Counted from the stretch's first letter, positions 35,241-46,833 are shown. The stretch: 64,000 nucleotides of DNA from a bacterium (GCA_044869275.1 JBIOXB010000086.1:1-64000), one strand, 5' to 3'. Numbers and translations are program-made. The notes: generated by a model from the sequence alone, not told the origin.

Positions 35241-37157
35241 ATGTCTTCCCGTCACGTCATTCTCGGTACTGCCGGACACATTGACCACGGCAAAACCTCT
35301 CTGGTGAAGGCGCTCACCGGCGTGGACACCGATCGCCTGCCCGAAGAAAAAGCACGCGGTATGACCATCGATTTGGGATTCGCGCATTTCGGCGAGACCG
35401 CCACCATCATCGATGTGCCCGGGCACGAAAAATTCATCAAGAACATGGTCGCGGGTGTGAGCACGATCGATTTGGTTTTGTTTGTCATTGCTGCTGATGA
35501 CGGCATTATGCCCCAGACGCACGAGCATCTCGAAATCTGCCAATTGCTGCAAGTCAAACGCGGCCTGGTGGTGCTCACCAAGATCGATCTGGTGGAGCGT
35601 GACTGGCTGGAATTGGTGCAGGAAGAAATCAAGAAATTTCTGCAGGGCACGTTTTTGGAAAAAGCGCTAATCGTACCGGTTTCCAATGCCACGCGCGCAG
35701 GCATTGATACGCTGCGTGGCCTCATTGCCGGCATGATTCCGGAGATTCCGCCCCGGCCGGATCGCGGTGTGTTCTGGATGCCGGTGGATCGCGCTTTTAC
35801 CATGAAAGGCTTTGGCACCGTGGTCACCGGCTCCGTGCTATCAGGACAAATTGCCGCGGGCGAAGAGTTGGAAATTCTTCCGGACCAGAAAAGCACGCGC
35901 GCGCGCAATTTGCAACGCCACGGTGCGCAAGTGAAGCAAGTGCAAACCGGCGACCGCGCGGCGATTAATTTGCAGGGCATGGCGATAGATGAAATTTCCC
36001 GAGGCCACGTTTTAACCCTGCCCAATTATTTCCATGCCACGGCGCGCATGAACTGCCGTGTGCAGATTCTAAAAACCGCCGACCGGCCGGTCAAAACGAG
36101 AACGCGCGTGCGTGTCCATCTCGGTACGGCGGAAATCATGGGGCGATTGTTTCCCCTTGATTGCAAAGAAATCGCCCCGGGGCAAGCGGCGTACGTGCAA
36201 TTGAGATTCGAGAAGCCGGTTGCCGCGCGGCGTTTGGATCCGCTGGTGATTCGGCGCTATTCTCCGCCGAAAACGATTGGTGGCGGCGTGGTGTTGCAAG
36301 CCGAAGCTCCACCCCTGCGCCGGCGCGATGCGGCATGGGAAGATCGCTTGCGCGCGCTCGAGCAAGAAGATCCCGTGGATTTGTTGATTGCCCAGTTTCT
36401 GCAGCCGGGCCGATATGGGGTCACACTCGAACAATTGGCCATGGAAACCGGCCAAAAGAAGGAAGAATTGCACAAACTGCTTGCCGCGTTGCAGGAAAGC
36501 GGTGCGATTCTGCCGCTGGGCAAACGCGGCTATCTCCATCACCATCGCCTGGAGAGTCTCTGGCAACAGCTTGAAACCGCACTGTCCGCTTATCATCACC
36601 AGCACCCGTTGCAACTTGGCTTGCGCAAAGCCGAAATGCATGCTTTGCTGCCGCCCTTGAGCGATGCCGCCTTGATGAATTTGCTAGTGCAGCATTACAA
36701 AACAGCGGGGAAACTCAAAGAGATTGATTCGTGTTTGGCTTTGGCCGATCACGAAATCCGCTTTTCGGAGGCACAGCAAAAGTTGCGCGCACAGATTCTC
36801 GAATATTTGTGGGCAGCCGGATTTGCGCCGCCAAGCCCGGCAGAGCTGGCGCAAAAAGCCGGTGTCTCGGAAACCCAATTGCAAGAATTGCTCGGCGCCA
36901 TGCTGTTGTTGCGTGAAGTGGTGCGACTGGAGTCAGACATATATTTACACCCACAAAAAATCTTTGCTGCACAAAAAAGATTGGTTGACTATTTGCGCCA
37001 ACATCACGACATTACGGTAAGTCAATTCAAAGAACTGATCGACAATACCAGCCGAAAATTCGCCGTGCCGTTGCTGCAACATTTTGACGCTCTCGGCGTG
37101 ACTGAGCGCCAGGGCGAGATGCGCGTCTTGGGCGCAGCGGCGGAAGAGCGCGCGTAG
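35241..37157 (+). CDS. selB: Selenocysteine-specific translation elongation factor
   Basis: [29 protein letters not shown], winged-helix tail [11 protein letters not shown]. Confidence 0.96.
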   Translation: MSSRHVILGTAGHIDHGKTSLVKALTGVDTDRLPEEKARGMTIDLGFAHFGETATIIDVPGHEKFIKNMVAGVSTIDLVLFVIAADDGIMPQTHEHLEICQLLQVKRGLVVLTKIDLVERDWLELVQEEIKKFLQGTFLEKALIVPVSNATRAGIDTLRGLIAGMIPEIPPRPDRGVFWMPVDRAFTMKGFGTVVTGSVLSGQIAAGEELEILPDQKSTRARNLQRHGAQVKQVQTGDRAAINLQGMAIDEISRGHVLTLPNYFHATARMNCRVQILKTADRPVKTRTRVRVHLGTAEIMGRLFPLDCKEIAPGQAAYVQLRFEKPVAARRLDPLVIRRYSPPKTIGGGVVLQAEAPPLRRRDAAWEDRLRALEQEDPVDLLIAQFLQPGRYGVTLEQLAMETGQKKEELHKLLAALQESGAILPLGKRGYLHHHRLESLWQQLETALSAYHHQHPLQLGLRKAEMHALLPPLSDAALMNLLVQHYKTAGKLKEIDSCLALADHEIRFSEAQQKLRAQILEYLWAAGFAPPSPAELAQKAGVSETQLQELLGAMLLLREVVRLESDIYLHPQKIFAAQKRLVDYLRQHHDITVSQFKELIDNTSRKFAVPLLQHFDALGVTERQGEMRVLGAAAEERA

Positions 37158-37158
37158 C

Positions 37159-37542
37159 ATGAGGAAGATTTTGCAGGAGCATCTCAAACAAGGTAGGAGT
37201 GCAATCGCCATGAAAAACGAAACCCCGCGTGAACCGCACGAATTGCAACTGCATCGCTGTGCGTGGTGCCAGCGCAACATCGCGCCGGATGACGAGTATT
37301 TCGGCTGCGGCGCGAAAACCATGCCGGGCATCGATCTTTCCGATCGCGAAGGCACGACGATCTCCATGTATCTGGCACTGGCGCAAAAAACCGTTCCCGC
37401 CATAGTCGTACCCTCCGATTCCCCGGCCAAGCGCGAAGGCAACGACGTTTACTTCGTGATCTGCAGCGAAAGCTGCGGCCACGCTTTGAAAGACGCGCTA
37501 GAAAAAGACAAAGAAGCGTTCGGCAACATTTGTTTGAATTGA
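37159..37542 (+). CDS. Hypothetical Cys-rich (metal-binding) protein
   Basis: CAWC ... CSESC; start may be 37210. Confidence 0.6.
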   Translation: MRKILQEHLKQGRSAIAMKNETPREPHELQLHRCAWCQRNIAPDDEYFGCGAKTMPGIDLSDREGTTISMYLALAQKTVPAIVVPSDSPAKREGNDVYFVICSESCGHALKDALEKDKEAFGNICLN

Positions 37543-37635
37543 GCGAGGCTTTAGCGCTGTCGCCCTTGCGATCTTCGATGTGCAATCCTTGATTTTCCAA
37601 TTTCGATGCAGTGATTTGATGTTCTCGATTCGCGC

Positions 37636-39156
37636 ATGCAATCCGATTCGCCACGCTTCTTGCTCGTGAACCCGTGGATCACCGATTTTGCGGCCTATGA
37701 TTTTTGGTCGAAGCCACTGGGATTGCTGTATCTTGCCGCGGTCTTGCGGCGGGAGGGAAACGCGGTGCGGCTGGTGGATTGCATGGACCGCTGCCATCCG
37801 GAATTGCTGCATTGGCAGGGACGCACGCGGCCGCAAAACCGCCAATGGAGCACCGGTAAGTTTGTCCGCGTGCCCATCGCCAAGCCCGCGTGTTACGCGC
37901 ATGTGCCGCGACGGTATGCGCGTTACGGTTTTCCCGAAGAAATCTTCAAAAAAATTTGTAGTGAGGGCGCCAAGCCGGATGCCATTTTGGTGACGAGCGG
38001 TATGACCTATTGGTACCCCGGCGTCCAACAAACGATTGGCGTGCTGCGAAGTTTGTTTCCTCAAACCACGATCTGGTTGGGCGGAACCTACGCCACGTTG
38101 TGCACGGCCCACGCAGGTGAGCATTCCGGGGCGGATGTTGTCGTTGCCGGAGAAGGGGAGAGTCAGATCGGTGAAATTATCGCGTCGGTTTTCAAGAGCA
38201 AAGCTGCCGCCGTGCGCCATGGTTCCAGCCTGCCGCAGGACCATGCCGTTGATTTGGATCAACTCCCTTTTGCGGCTTTCGATCTTTATCCCAACCTGTC
38301 TCATGCCGCGATCATGACCTCGCGCGGCTGCCCACTTAAATGCACGTTCTGCGCCTCGCGCCTGGTGTCCGGACAATATCGCTGGCGTGCAGTGGAGCAC
38401 GTGATCGCCGAGCTGGACTGGCTCCATCACGGCTTGAAGATTCGTGAGTTTGCGTTCTATGATGACGCCTTGCTGACCAATCGCGACCGCCACTTCAAAC
38501 CGCTGTGCGAGCAGATCATTGCCAAAAACCTGCGAGCAACATTTCACACGCCGAATGGCTTGCAAGTTAAATTCCTCGATCGCGAAGCTGCACAGCTCAT
38601 GCAGCGCGCGGGTTTCAAAACGATTCGTCTCGCTTATGAAAGCGGGAGCGCCGAACGCCAGCGCGACATGAGCAAAAAAGTAAGCAACGAAAGCTTCGCC
38701 GCGGGCGTCTCGAATTTGCATGCCGCCGGCTTTGGCCCGGCGGAGCTCGATGCTTATGTGATGATGGCCCTGCCCGGACAAGCGCTCGAAGAAGTTTTGT
38801 GGAGCATGGCTTACGTGCACAGCCTGGGCGTGGGAATCCGTCTCGCAGCATTTTCTCCCATTCCCGGCACCGTGGATTATGAACGCGCTGTCGCCCGCGG
38901 TGATTTTCCCGCAGAAGCTGATCCCTTGTTGACCAACAATTCGATATTGCCGGTGCGCTTGGAAGGAAGCGATTACGCTGTTTATGGTTTGATCTCACGC
39001 CTGGCGAAACAGTTGAATGAGCATTTGCAGAGCACGGGCAAGCCCGTGGAGGCTTGCGGGGATTTGTTTGCGAGATTGCAACGGGAGGTGCGATTGAAAA
39101 CAGATCAGACGCTTCACGGAAACGAGCTCCCACGGAAAAATGTTGCGTTGAATTGA
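37636..39156 (+). CDS. B12-binding radical SAM protein
   Basis: KPLGLLYLAAVL, LGGTYAT..GEGE, TSRGCPLKCTFC. Confidence 0.92.
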   Translation: MQSDSPRFLLVNPWITDFAAYDFWSKPLGLLYLAAVLRREGNAVRLVDCMDRCHPELLHWQGRTRPQNRQWSTGKFVRVPIAKPACYAHVPRRYARYGFPEEIFKKICSEGAKPDAILVTSGMTYWYPGVQQTIGVLRSLFPQTTIWLGGTYATLCTAHAGEHSGADVVVAGEGESQIGEIIASVFKSKAAAVRHGSSLPQDHAVDLDQLPFAAFDLYPNLSHAAIMTSRGCPLKCTFCASRLVSGQYRWRAVEHVIAELDWLHHGLKIREFAFYDDALLTNRDRHFKPLCEQIIAKNLRATFHTPNGLQVKFLDREAAQLMQRAGFKTIRLAYESGSAERQRDMSKKVSNESFAAGVSNLHAAGFGPAELDAYVMMALPGQALEEVLWSMAYVHSLGVGIRLAAFSPIPGTVDYERAVARGDFPAEADPLLTNNSILPVRLEGSDYAVYGLISRLAKQLNEHLQSTGKPVEACGDLFARLQREVRLKTDQTLHGNELPRKNVALN

Positions 39157-39165
39157 GCAAAAGCC

Positions 39166-39271
39166 AAGACAGAAAAATGAAGGACAGAAAGATGGCAGCA
39201 GATCTCATGTCCGGAGCATGGATGGTGAAGGGATAGGGCAAAGATTTTTCTGTCCTACATCTTTCTGTCTT
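39166..39271. repeat. 15-bp-period inverted repeat
   Basis: AAGACAGAAAAATGAAGGACAGAAAGATG ... ATTTTTCTGTCCTACATCTTTCTGTCTT. Confidence 0.75.
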
Positions 39272-39322
39272 CTGCTTTTTTGCAGGATGATTGTGCCAAT
39301 GCTGCCGCCCCCTTGGCTTCGG

Positions 39323-39350
39323 TTTTCATCCCGACCCTTCGGGATGAAAA
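39323..39350. repeat. REP-like hairpin
   Basis: TTTTCATCCCGA-CCCT-TCGGGATGAAAA, 12-bp perfect stem. Confidence 0.7.
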
Positions 39351-39374
39351 TCCGAGGTAGACCTGTTAGACGCC

Positions 39375-39998
39375 ATGAACGTCAATCAACAACGCTGGGA
39401 AAATCTGGCTGCGGTGCTCAATGTCACGCCGGACGAGGGCGAGTTTGAACGCCTAATACTGGCCTATTCTGAATCGCATCGTGCCTATCATACACTGCAG
39501 CATCTTTCGGAATGCCTGGAGCGGTTTGATTGGGCTGTGACTGATCATATTTTTCAAAACAGCGCACTAGCTGAAATGGCATTGTGGTATCACGATGCCA
39601 TCTACCAGCCCAGGGCCAGTGATAACGAGCGCAGAAGCGCGGAATGGGCTTACGGATTTCTGAACAAATCGGGCATTCGTAGTGAAGAGTGCAAACTCGT
39701 GCATTCTATTATTATGGCCACTCGTCATGACCAGGCGCCGCGAGAGCCCATGTCTCAACTTGTTGTTGATATTGATCTATCCATACTCGGCGCAGAGCCA
39801 GCACGTTTCGTAGAATATGAAAAGCAAGTGCGGGAAGAATATCAATGGGTGCCTGGTTTCCTGTATAAGAAAAAGAGAAGGAAATTGCTCCAGGCGTTTT
39901 TGGATAGACCTCGCTTATATTGTACGGAACTTTTTTACCGGGCGTACGAGCATCGTGCGCGCGAGAATCTAAAGCGCTCCATTGCGTGGTTGAAATAA
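39375..39998 (+). CDS. HD-superfamily metal-dependent phosphohydrolase (COG4339-like)
   Basis: RAYHTLQH, WYHDAIY, DNERRSA, DIDLSILG, VREEY. Confidence 0.85.
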   Translation: MNVNQQRWENLAAVLNVTPDEGEFERLILAYSESHRAYHTLQHLSECLERFDWAVTDHIFQNSALAEMALWYHDAIYQPRASDNERRSAEWAYGFLNKSGIRSEECKLVHSIIMATRHDQAPREPMSQLVVDIDLSILGAEPARFVEYEKQVREEYQWVPGFLYKKKRRKLLQAFLDRPRLYCTELFYRAYEHRARENLKRSIAWLK

Positions 39999-40123
39999 GC
40001 TCCATGACAAGCCAAATGATGGCAAAAATCTCTCTAATGGATGGAACAGGTCCAGTGACGACGGGATGAGTGCCGCCGCGTGTGCCTTTATCCACTGGAG
40101 AAAACGAACGCGAAGGAGGAAGA

Positions 40124-40591
40124 ATGCTGCGCCGCTTGTTTTTGTTTGCCACGTTCGCTTTATCCGGCTGCACGTTGTTGCAGCCGCCGGCCGAGCCGGT
40201 CAAGCGCGAACCGATCACTTCGCCGGATGCACCGGCGGCGATCGGACCTTACAGCCAGGCCATCAAAATCGGAAACAATCTGTTCTGTAGCGGGCAAATT
40301 GGCATCATTCCCGCGACCGGCGATTTGATCATTGGCGACATCAAAGAAGAGACGCGCCAAGTGCTCAAAAACCTGGGCGCGGTCTTGCGAGCCGCGGGGA
40401 TGTCTTATGGCGACGTCGTAAAAGCGACGGTGTTTCTCGCGGACATGAACGATTACAAGCTCATGAACGAAGCTTACAGTGAATTCTTCACCGCAGTCAA
40501 GCCGGCGCGCGAAGCCGTGCAAGTGGCCCGGCTGCCGCGCGACGCGCGCGTGGAGATCAGTTGCATTGCGGTGAAAGTGGAAGAACAATGA
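40124..40591 (+). CDS. RidA/YjgF family protein with N-terminal lipoprotein signal
   Basis: APAAIGPYSQAI, CSGQI, PAREAVQVARLP, VEISCIA; MLRRLFLFATFALSGC; RBS AAGGAGG. Confidence 0.88.
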   Translation: MLRRLFLFATFALSGCTLLQPPAEPVKREPITSPDAPAAIGPYSQAIKIGNNLFCSGQIGIIPATGDLIIGDIKEETRQVLKNLGAVLRAAGMSYGDVVKATVFLADMNDYKLMNEAYSEFFTAVKPAREAVQVARLPRDARVEISCIAVKVEEQ

Positions 40592-40627
40592 ATCTTGCTT
40601 CTCGCCGCGGGATTGCGTATCATAGGC

Positions 40628-41497
40628 ATGTGTCCCGTAAGAGAGCTTGACGTGCGTGAGATTTCTGCCTTACCGCCCTCGGGCATCATCACTTTGCTGA
40701 CAGATTTCGGCAACGCTGACGGTTACGTCGCCGCCATGAAGGGTGTGATCTTGAGCCGCTATCCGCGCGCGCAACTGGTGGACGTCAGCCATGAAATTCC
40801 CGCGCAGGCGGTGGTTGCCGCGGAATTGTTATTCTCAACGCACTACACTTATTTTCCGCGCGGCACCGTGCATGTGGCTATAGTCGATCCTGGCGTGGGT
40901 ACGCAGCGCGCGGCGCTGGCATGTATTTTTGCCGGGCATTACTTCGTCGCGCCGGACAATGGTTTGCTTGATTTCTGCACCGCAGGGGAGGGGGAGTGCC
41001 TTGCCGTGCGCCTCAATCGCCCGGAATATTGGCGGCCGCAAGTGTCTCGTACGTTTCATGGCCGCGATGTTTTTGCTCCGGTGGCCGCGCAACTCGCCCT
41101 GGGCACGCCGCTCCTGAGTTTAGGCGAGCGTTTTGATTTGGTCGCGCGTGGCCTGGCGCGGTCTTGTCAGATCGAACCCGGCCGGCTCATGGGCGAAATC
41201 ATTTATATCGATCGCTTCGGCAATTTGATTTCCAATATTTCCACCGCAGCGTTTTTGAGTTTTTGTGGCCCGCACCCCTTTCTGATTCGCGCCGGGCGGT
41301 TGGTATTTGATCGTTTGCAGCCTTCCTATGGGTATGTGCCGGCCGGCGCGCCGGTCGCACTCTTCAACAGCTTCGAGCGGCTGGAAATCGGTGTCAACCA
41401 GGGCCATGCCGCTGCGCAATTTGATTTCAAAACAGGAACGTCGATCATCGTTGAACGAGGAGAGTCAATTTTCAACCATGCAGAATCCCGAACGTAG
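40628..41497 (+). CDS. SAM hydroxide adenosyltransferase / chlorinase-fluorinase family (DUF62)
   Basis: ITLLTDFG, VDPGVGT, APDNG, TFHGRDVFAP, IDRFGN; start uncertain. Confidence 0.9.
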   Translation: MCPVRELDVREISALPPSGIITLLTDFGNADGYVAAMKGVILSRYPRAQLVDVSHEIPAQAVVAAELLFSTHYTYFPRGTVHVAIVDPGVGTQRAALACIFAGHYFVAPDNGLLDFCTAGEGECLAVRLNRPEYWRPQVSRTFHGRDVFAPVAAQLALGTPLLSLGERFDLVARGLARSCQIEPGRLMGEIIYIDRFGNLISNISTAAFLSFCGPHPFLIRAGRLVFDRLQPSYGYVPAGAPVALFNSFERLEIGVNQGHAAAQFDFKTGTSIIVERGESIFNHAESRT

Positions 41498-42383
41498 CGC
41501 TTCGGAGGGTTATCTTCATCCTTCATCTTTTTCGCCGGAGCCGCCGCAAGAATCCTGGGCCGCGAGAGTCTTACGGACCGACCGGCCGCGCTTGAATGTC
41601 GTACTGTTCATCTTGACTTGCCTTTCCACCTTTTTTATCGGCTATACATTCAATGGCAGTTTCACCTCCGGCCTGTGGTATTCTGGCGGGATTATCTCCA
41701 TACTTTTGGCGCACGAGATGGGACATTACCTGATGTGCATGCGCTATCGCATCCCGGCGACGCTGCCGTTTTTTATCCCTTTTCCTTCTTTGCCCTTCGG
41801 CACCATGGGCGCGGTGATTCGCATGGATGCCCGCATGCCCAATCGCCGCGTGCTTTTCGATATCGGTGTGGCCGGACCGCTCGCCGGCTTGATCCTCACC
41901 CTCCCAGCCATTTACTTCGGCCTGAAAATGTCGGAGGTGGTGCAAATCACCGGCACCGAAGGCGTCTGGACGCTGGGCGATTCTTTGCTCTTCAGATGGC
42001 TCAGCCGCCTCACCATCGGTGAATTGCCGGAGGGATACGACACCTTGCTGCACCCGCTGGCTTACGCCGGATGGGCGGGGTTATTCGTCACGGCGCTTAA
42101 TCTTTTGCCCATTGGGCAGCTCGATGGTGGGCACATTTTATATGCGCTCGTGGGCGAGCGCGGGCGAAAGATCTATTCCGTCAACATGGCGTTGTTCGCG
42201 TTGTTGGGCATCGTCAAGTTCAGCGGCTGGTATTTGCTCATCGTGCTGTTGTTGTGGTTCGGCTACAACCACCCGCCAACGCAGGAAAACGATGAACCCT
42301 TGGATCCCAAACGCCAGGCGTTAGCGTATGTGACCCTTTTGATCTTCGTATTGTCATTCACCCCGGTTCCTTTTCAAGTTTGA
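41478..42383 (+). CDS. Site-2 protease (M50 family)
   Basis: AHEMGH, AGPLAG, NLLPIGQLDGGH, TM segments. Confidence 0.92.
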   Translation: MQNPERSASEGYLHPSSFSPEPPQESWAARVLRTDRPRLNVVLFILTCLSTFFIGYTFNGSFTSGLWYSGGIISILLAHEMGHYLMCMRYRIPATLPFFIPFPSLPFGTMGAVIRMDARMPNRRVLFDIGVAGPLAGLILTLPAIYFGLKMSEVVQITGTEGVWTLGDSLLFRWLSRLTIGELPEGYDTLLHPLAYAGWAGLFVTALNLLPIGQLDGGHILYALVGERGRKIYSVNMALFALLGIVKFSGWYLLIVLLLWFGYNHPPTQENDEPLDPKRQALAYVTLLIFVLSFTPVPFQV

Positions 42384-42385
42384 GC

Positions 42386-43306
42386 ATGCCTGGCGCCGCG
42401 GAAAAATTTTCCATCGCCGGACTTGGCGAAGTGATGTGGGATTTTTACGGGGAAGAGAAATTTCCCGGGGGCACTCCCGCGAACATTGTGTGCCAGGTCC
42501 AGCAATTGGGCGATCGCGGGCTTTTGCTTTCACGCGTCGGCCTCGACGAGTTGGGGGAGGAACTCGTGCAGGCGCTGCAACGTCGTGGCCTATCCACGGA
42601 TTTCATCCAGCGCGATCCCGTCAAAAACACGGGGCGTGTGCATATCTCACTCGATGCTGACGGAGTGCCGCATTATCGCGGCTACCAAGACGTCGCTTTC
42701 GATTATCTCGTGCCTACGCCTGGTTTTGACGAATTGGCGCCGCAGGTTGACGCCGTGGTGTTCGGAACCCTGGCGCAGCGCGCCGAACCCACGCGGCAAA
42801 CCATCTTCCGGTTTTTGCGGGCGGCCACGCGCGCGGTGAAGGTTTTCGATCTCGGCTACGCGCATGCCGATCCGGTCGAGCTGGCGCGCATTCTGCCAGG
42901 CTCTTTGGAAATGGCCGATATTGTGAAGATGAACGTGGCCGAGATGAACGCCATGCAGAAGGTTTTGCGGCGCAGCACCGATGCCGCGCCCGCGTTGATG
43001 GAGTTTTTGATCCAACGGTACGGCCTGAAGCTGGTGGCGGTGACGCTCGGCGCCAAAGGTTGTGAGCTGTTCAGTCCCACTGCAACCTGCGTCCTCCCCG
43101 GGTTGCCGATTCGCGCGATCGACACGACCGGCGCAGGAGACGCTTTCACGGCCGGAATGATTTACCAATTTCTGCGCGGCGCACGTTTGCGCGAAATCGG
43201 TGAATTTGCCAATCTCATGGGCGCGTTTCTCTGTACGCAAAAGGGCGCGACGCCGATATTTGATTTGCAAACGGTGCGGGATTTCCAAAACGCATTGCAA
43301 AAATGA
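42386..43306 (+). CDS. PfkB-family carbohydrate kinase
   Basis: GEVMWD, PGGTPAN, VTLGAKG, DTTGAGDAF. Confidence 0.92.
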   Translation: MPGAAEKFSIAGLGEVMWDFYGEEKFPGGTPANIVCQVQQLGDRGLLLSRVGLDELGEELVQALQRRGLSTDFIQRDPVKNTGRVHISLDADGVPHYRGYQDVAFDYLVPTPGFDELAPQVDAVVFGTLAQRAEPTRQTIFRFLRAATRAVKVFDLGYAHADPVELARILPGSLEMADIVKMNVAEMNAMQKVLRRSTDAAPALMEFLIQRYGLKLVAVTLGAKGCELFSPTATCVLPGLPIRAIDTTGAGDAFTAGMIYQFLRGARLREIGEFANLMGAFLCTQKGATPIFDLQTVRDFQNALQK

Positions 43307-43316
43307 GGAAGCAAAT

Positions 43317-44303
43317 ATGCCCATTGATTTTCCTGAAAGAACTCGCTTGGCGCATTTGCCCACTCCGATCGAGGCCCTGCCACGCCTGAGCCAATGGCTG
43401 GAAGGCCCGGAAATTTTCTTGAAACGCGATGATTTGACCGGCATCGCCAAGACCGGCAACAAAGTGCGCAAGCTGGAGTACTTGATCGCCGAAGCGCAAC
43501 AGCAAAACTGCGAGATGTTGATCACGTGCGGCGGTGCCCAGTCCAATCATGCGCGCGCCACGGCCGTGACCGCCGCCAAAGTCGGGATGAAATGCCACCT
43601 CGTGCTGCGCAATGCCCTCAGCGGCGATTTGGATGGCAATCTTTTTTTGGATCGCCTCTTCGGTGCGGAGATTATGTTTATTACGCCGCAGGAATACGAG
43701 CAGGTGGATGATCTCATGGCAAAATTGGCGGAGGTGCATGAGGCCAAGGGCCATAAGACTTACGTTATTCCTGAAGGCGGCTCGAATGCCTTGGGTGCGC
43801 TGGGCTACGTTGCGGCCATGGAGGAAGTGGCGAAGCAAATGAAGGCGCAACGCTTTGAATTCGATCATATGATTTGCGCCGTGGGCTCGGGCGGCACCAT
43901 GGCGGGCATGCTGCTGGGACGCAGCGCATTCGAAGTCAAGGCTGAAATCCACGGCATCAACGTGTGCGACGATGCGTCGCACTTTCAAAACCGCATCGCC
44001 AACATCCTGCGCGACGCCAAACGCCGCTTCGGGTTCGATATCAATCTGCAAAAGAATGATATTCGCGTGATCGACGGTTACGTCGGCAAAGGCTACGGTC
44101 TGAGCAGCCAGGAGGAAATCGATCTCATCAAACAAGTCGCGCGTTTGGAAGGCATCTTGCTCGATCCGGTTTACACCGGCAAGGCCATGTACGGCGTAGT
44201 GGATTTGATTCGCAAAGGCCGTTTCCGGAAAGGCGAGAAGATCTTGTTTTGGCACACGGGCGGGATTTTTGGGTTGTTTCCGAAGAAGGCGTTGTTTTTT
44301 TGA
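43317..44303 (+). CDS. D-cysteine desulfhydrase / ACC deaminase family PLP enzyme
   Basis: LKRDDLTG..GNKVRKLEY, GGAQSNH, PEGGSN, LDPVYTGKA, HTGG. Confidence 0.92.
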   Translation: MPIDFPERTRLAHLPTPIEALPRLSQWLEGPEIFLKRDDLTGIAKTGNKVRKLEYLIAEAQQQNCEMLITCGGAQSNHARATAVTAAKVGMKCHLVLRNALSGDLDGNLFLDRLFGAEIMFITPQEYEQVDDLMAKLAEVHEAKGHKTYVIPEGGSNALGALGYVAAMEEVAKQMKAQRFEFDHMICAVGSGGTMAGMLLGRSAFEVKAEIHGINVCDDASHFQNRIANILRDAKRRFGFDINLQKNDIRVIDGYVGKGYGLSSQEEIDLIKQVARLEGILLDPVYTGKAMYGVVDLIRKGRFRKGEKILFWHTGGIFGLFPKKALFF

Positions 44304-44320
44304 TAAGGAGGTATTGCGGT

Positions 44321-44391
44321 TTGATACTCGATCCTCGATCCTGGATGGCCAGTATCAAGGATCGAGGATCAAGCAACGAGGATCAAGCAAC
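44321..44391. repeat. Heptad tandem inverted repeat between convergent genes
   Basis: GATACTC GATCCTC GATCCTG ... CAGTATC AAGGATC GAGGATC AAGCAAC GAGGATC. Confidence 0.75.
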
Positions 44392-44395
44392 GTTT

Positions 44396-44836
44396 TCAAG
44401 CCGCCGGCGGTGGCACATAATGCAGGTATTGATTCATCAGCTCAATCTCCGCGGATTTTTCCCGTATGTCGATGGTCATCAAATCGCGCAGAGAAATGAT
44501 GCCGACTAAGTTGTCTTCGTGGGTGATCACCAAGTGGCGGATATTGTGCGACTGCATGCGCGCCAGGCTCGCGGTGTAGCTATCCTCCGGTTTGGCGGCG
44601 ACAATGTTGGTCGTCATCACTTTCGCCACCGCAATCGAGGCGGGATCGATTTTTTTGGTGACGACGCGTTTCATCAAATCTCGCTCGGAAAATATTCCCA
44701 CCATGCGCTCGCCCTCCATGACGGCCACGGCGCCGATGCCTTTTTCGACCATGTATTGCACCGTCTCCAGCACGGTTTGGGTGCTCTGCACCGTATAAAC
44801 TTCCCTGCTGCGCACAATATCACCGACTGTGTTCAT
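44396..44836 (-). CDS. CBS domain protein
   Basis: VGIFSERD, VMT, IRHL..LVGIISLRD; RBS GGAGG. Confidence 0.92.
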   Translation of the reverse strand: MNTVGDIVRSREVYTVQSTQTVLETVQYMVEKGIGAVAVMEGERMVGIFSERDLMKRVVTKKIDPASIAVAKVMTTNIVAAKPEDSYTASLARMQSHNIRHLVITHEDNLVGIISLRDLMTIDIREKSAEIELMNQYLHYVPPPAA

Positions 44837-44886
44837 GGTATCCTCCAGCTTGGGCTCACAGCTTTAATCATGAAAACGGCTTCGAA

Positions 44887-46833
44887 TCACTCCTGCTCTT
44901 CTTGCAAGCGGGCGAGCACTGAGTAATCTTCCAAAGTAGTCGTATCACCAACAGTTTGTTTGCCGGCAGCTATATCGCGCAGCAAACGTCGCATGATTTT
45001 GCCGCTGCGCGTCTTGGGCAACGCTTCGGAGAAGCGAATATCGTCCGGCCGGGCCAGCGCGCCGATTTCTTTGGCCACGTGCGCACGCAATTCCTGGCGC
45101 AACTCTTCCGAAAACTTCCAGCCGCTTTCGAGCGTGACGAATGCGGCAATGGCCTGGCCCTTCAAATCATCGGGCCGGCCCACCACCGCGGCTTCGGCGA
45201 CTGACGGATGGCTCACCAATGCCGATTCCACCTCCATGGTTCCCAAGCGGTGGCCGGAAACATTGATGACATCATCGACGCGACCCATGATCCAGTAATA
45301 ACCGTCCTCATCGCGGCGCGCGCCGTCACCGGTAAAATATGCGCCCGGCACCTGGGTCCAATATTGTTGCTTGAAGCGCTCGGGATCGCCGTAAATCGTG
45401 CGCAGCATCGAGGGCCATGGTTTCTTGATCACGAGAAAACCGCCCTGGTTGTCGGCCACGGGCTTGCCCTCTTTTGTGACCACCTCGGGCAATACTCCGA
45501 AAAATGGCCGCGTGCCCGAGCCCGGTTTGGTCGGCGTCGCGCCCGGCAGCGGCGTGATCATGATCGCGCCGGTTTCAGTTTGCCACCAGGTATCCACAAT
45601 CGGGCAACGTTCGTTGCCGATGATTTTGTGATACCACATCCACGCTTCGGGATTGATGGGCTCGCCCACGGAGCCGAGCAAACGCAAAGAAGAAAGATCG
45701 CGCCGCCGGGGCCATTGTTCGCCCCATTTGATGAACGCGCGAATCGCGGTGGGCGCGGTGTAAAAAACATTGACCTGATACTTTTCCACAATCGCCCACA
45801 AGCGATCAGGCTCGGGAAAATTGGGAGCGCCTTCGTACATCAACGAAGTGGCGCCGTTGCTGAGCGGGCCATAAACAATATAAGAATGTCCGGTGACCCA
45901 GCCAATATCCGCCGTGCACCAGTAGGTATCCTCGTCTTTCATATCAAAAACCCAGCGCGAGGTCAGATTGGTGCCGACCATGTAGCCCCCGGTGGTGTGC
46001 AAAATGCCTTTGGGCTTGCCCGTGGTTCCGGACGTGTAAAGAATGTAGAGCGGATGCTCGGCGTCCAGCGGCTCGGCCGGGCAGTCGGCGGAAGCATTCA
46101 TCATCAATTCATGATACCAATGATCGCGGCCCGGCTCGACCTGCACTTTATTGCCCGCGCGTTGCACCGTCACCACGTGGTGAACCGAGGGGCAGGAGAC
46201 GAGTGCTTCGTCCACCGCTTTTTTCAGCTCGATCACATTGCCGCGGCGATAGCCGCCATCGGCAGTGATCACCAGTGAGGCCTGGCAGTCATTGATACGA
46301 TCTTTCAATGCCTCTGCGCTGAAGCCGCCAAAGACGACGGAGTGGGGCGCGCCGATGCGCGCACAGGCCAGCATGGCAATTGCCGCTTCCGGCACTTGTG
46401 GCATGTAAATGATGACGCGATCGCCCGCCTTGATGCCCAGCGACTTGAGCACGTTGGCAAATTTGCAGACTTCACGGTGCAAATCTTGATACGTGAGCAC
46501 ACGGCTATCGCCCGGCTCGCCCTCCCAAATCAGCGCGGCTTTGTTCTTGCGCCAGGTGGTGAGGTGGCGATCCAAACAATTATAGGAGATGTTCGTCTTC
46601 GCGCCCACAAACCACTTGGCAAACGGCTCCTGCCATTCCAAAACTTTGTCCCATTTCCTGAACCAATGCAAGCCTTGCGCCTGCTCGGCCCAAAAACCTT
46701 CGGGGTCGTCGATCGAACGCTGATACAGCTTTTCGTATTCGTCAAGCGTCTGAATATGTGCTTTGCTGGAAAATGCGTCAGCAGGTTTGAACAGGCGAGT
46801 TTCTTTTAAAACGGATGTAATATCAGCGCTCAT
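44887..46833 (-). CDS. acs: Acetyl-CoA synthetase
   Basis: [44 protein letters not shown]. Confidence 0.97.
   Translation of the reverse strand: MSADITSVLKETRLFKPADAFSSKAHIQTLDEYEKLYQRSIDDPEGFWAEQAQGLHWFRKWDKVLEWQEPFAKWFVGAKTNISYNCLDRHLTTWRKNKAALIWEGEPGDSRVLTYQDLHREVCKFANVLKSLGIKAGDRVIIYMPQVPEAAIAMLACARIGAPHSVVFGGFSAEALKDRINDCQASLVITADGGYRRGNVIELKKAVDEALVSCPSVHHVVTVQRAGNKVQVEPGRDHWYHELMMNASADCPAEPLDAEHPLYILYTSGTTGKPKGILHTTGGYMVGTNLTSRWVFDMKDEDTYWCTADIGWVTGHSYIVYGPLSNGATSLMYEGAPNFPEPDRLWAIVEKYQVNVFYTAPTAIRAFIKWGEQWPRRRDLSSLRLLGSVGEPINPEAWMWYHKIIGNERCPIVDTWWQTETGAIMITPLPGATPTKPGSGTRPFFGVLPEVVTKEGKPVADNQGGFLVIKKPWPSMLRTIYGDPERFKQQYWTQVPGAYFTGDGARRDEDGYYWIMGRVDDVINVSGHRLGTMEVESALVSHPSVAEAAVVGRPDDLKGQAIAAFVTLESGWKFSEELRQELRAHVAKEIGALARPDDIRFSEALPKTRSGKIMRRLLRDIAAGKQTVGDTTTLEDYSVLARLQEEQE

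Noticed and set aside
40628..41497. Fluorinase/chlorinase secondary-metabolite cluster
   Set aside because: Retains the DUF62-type TFHGRD motif typical of SAM hydrolases and lies among housekeeping genes
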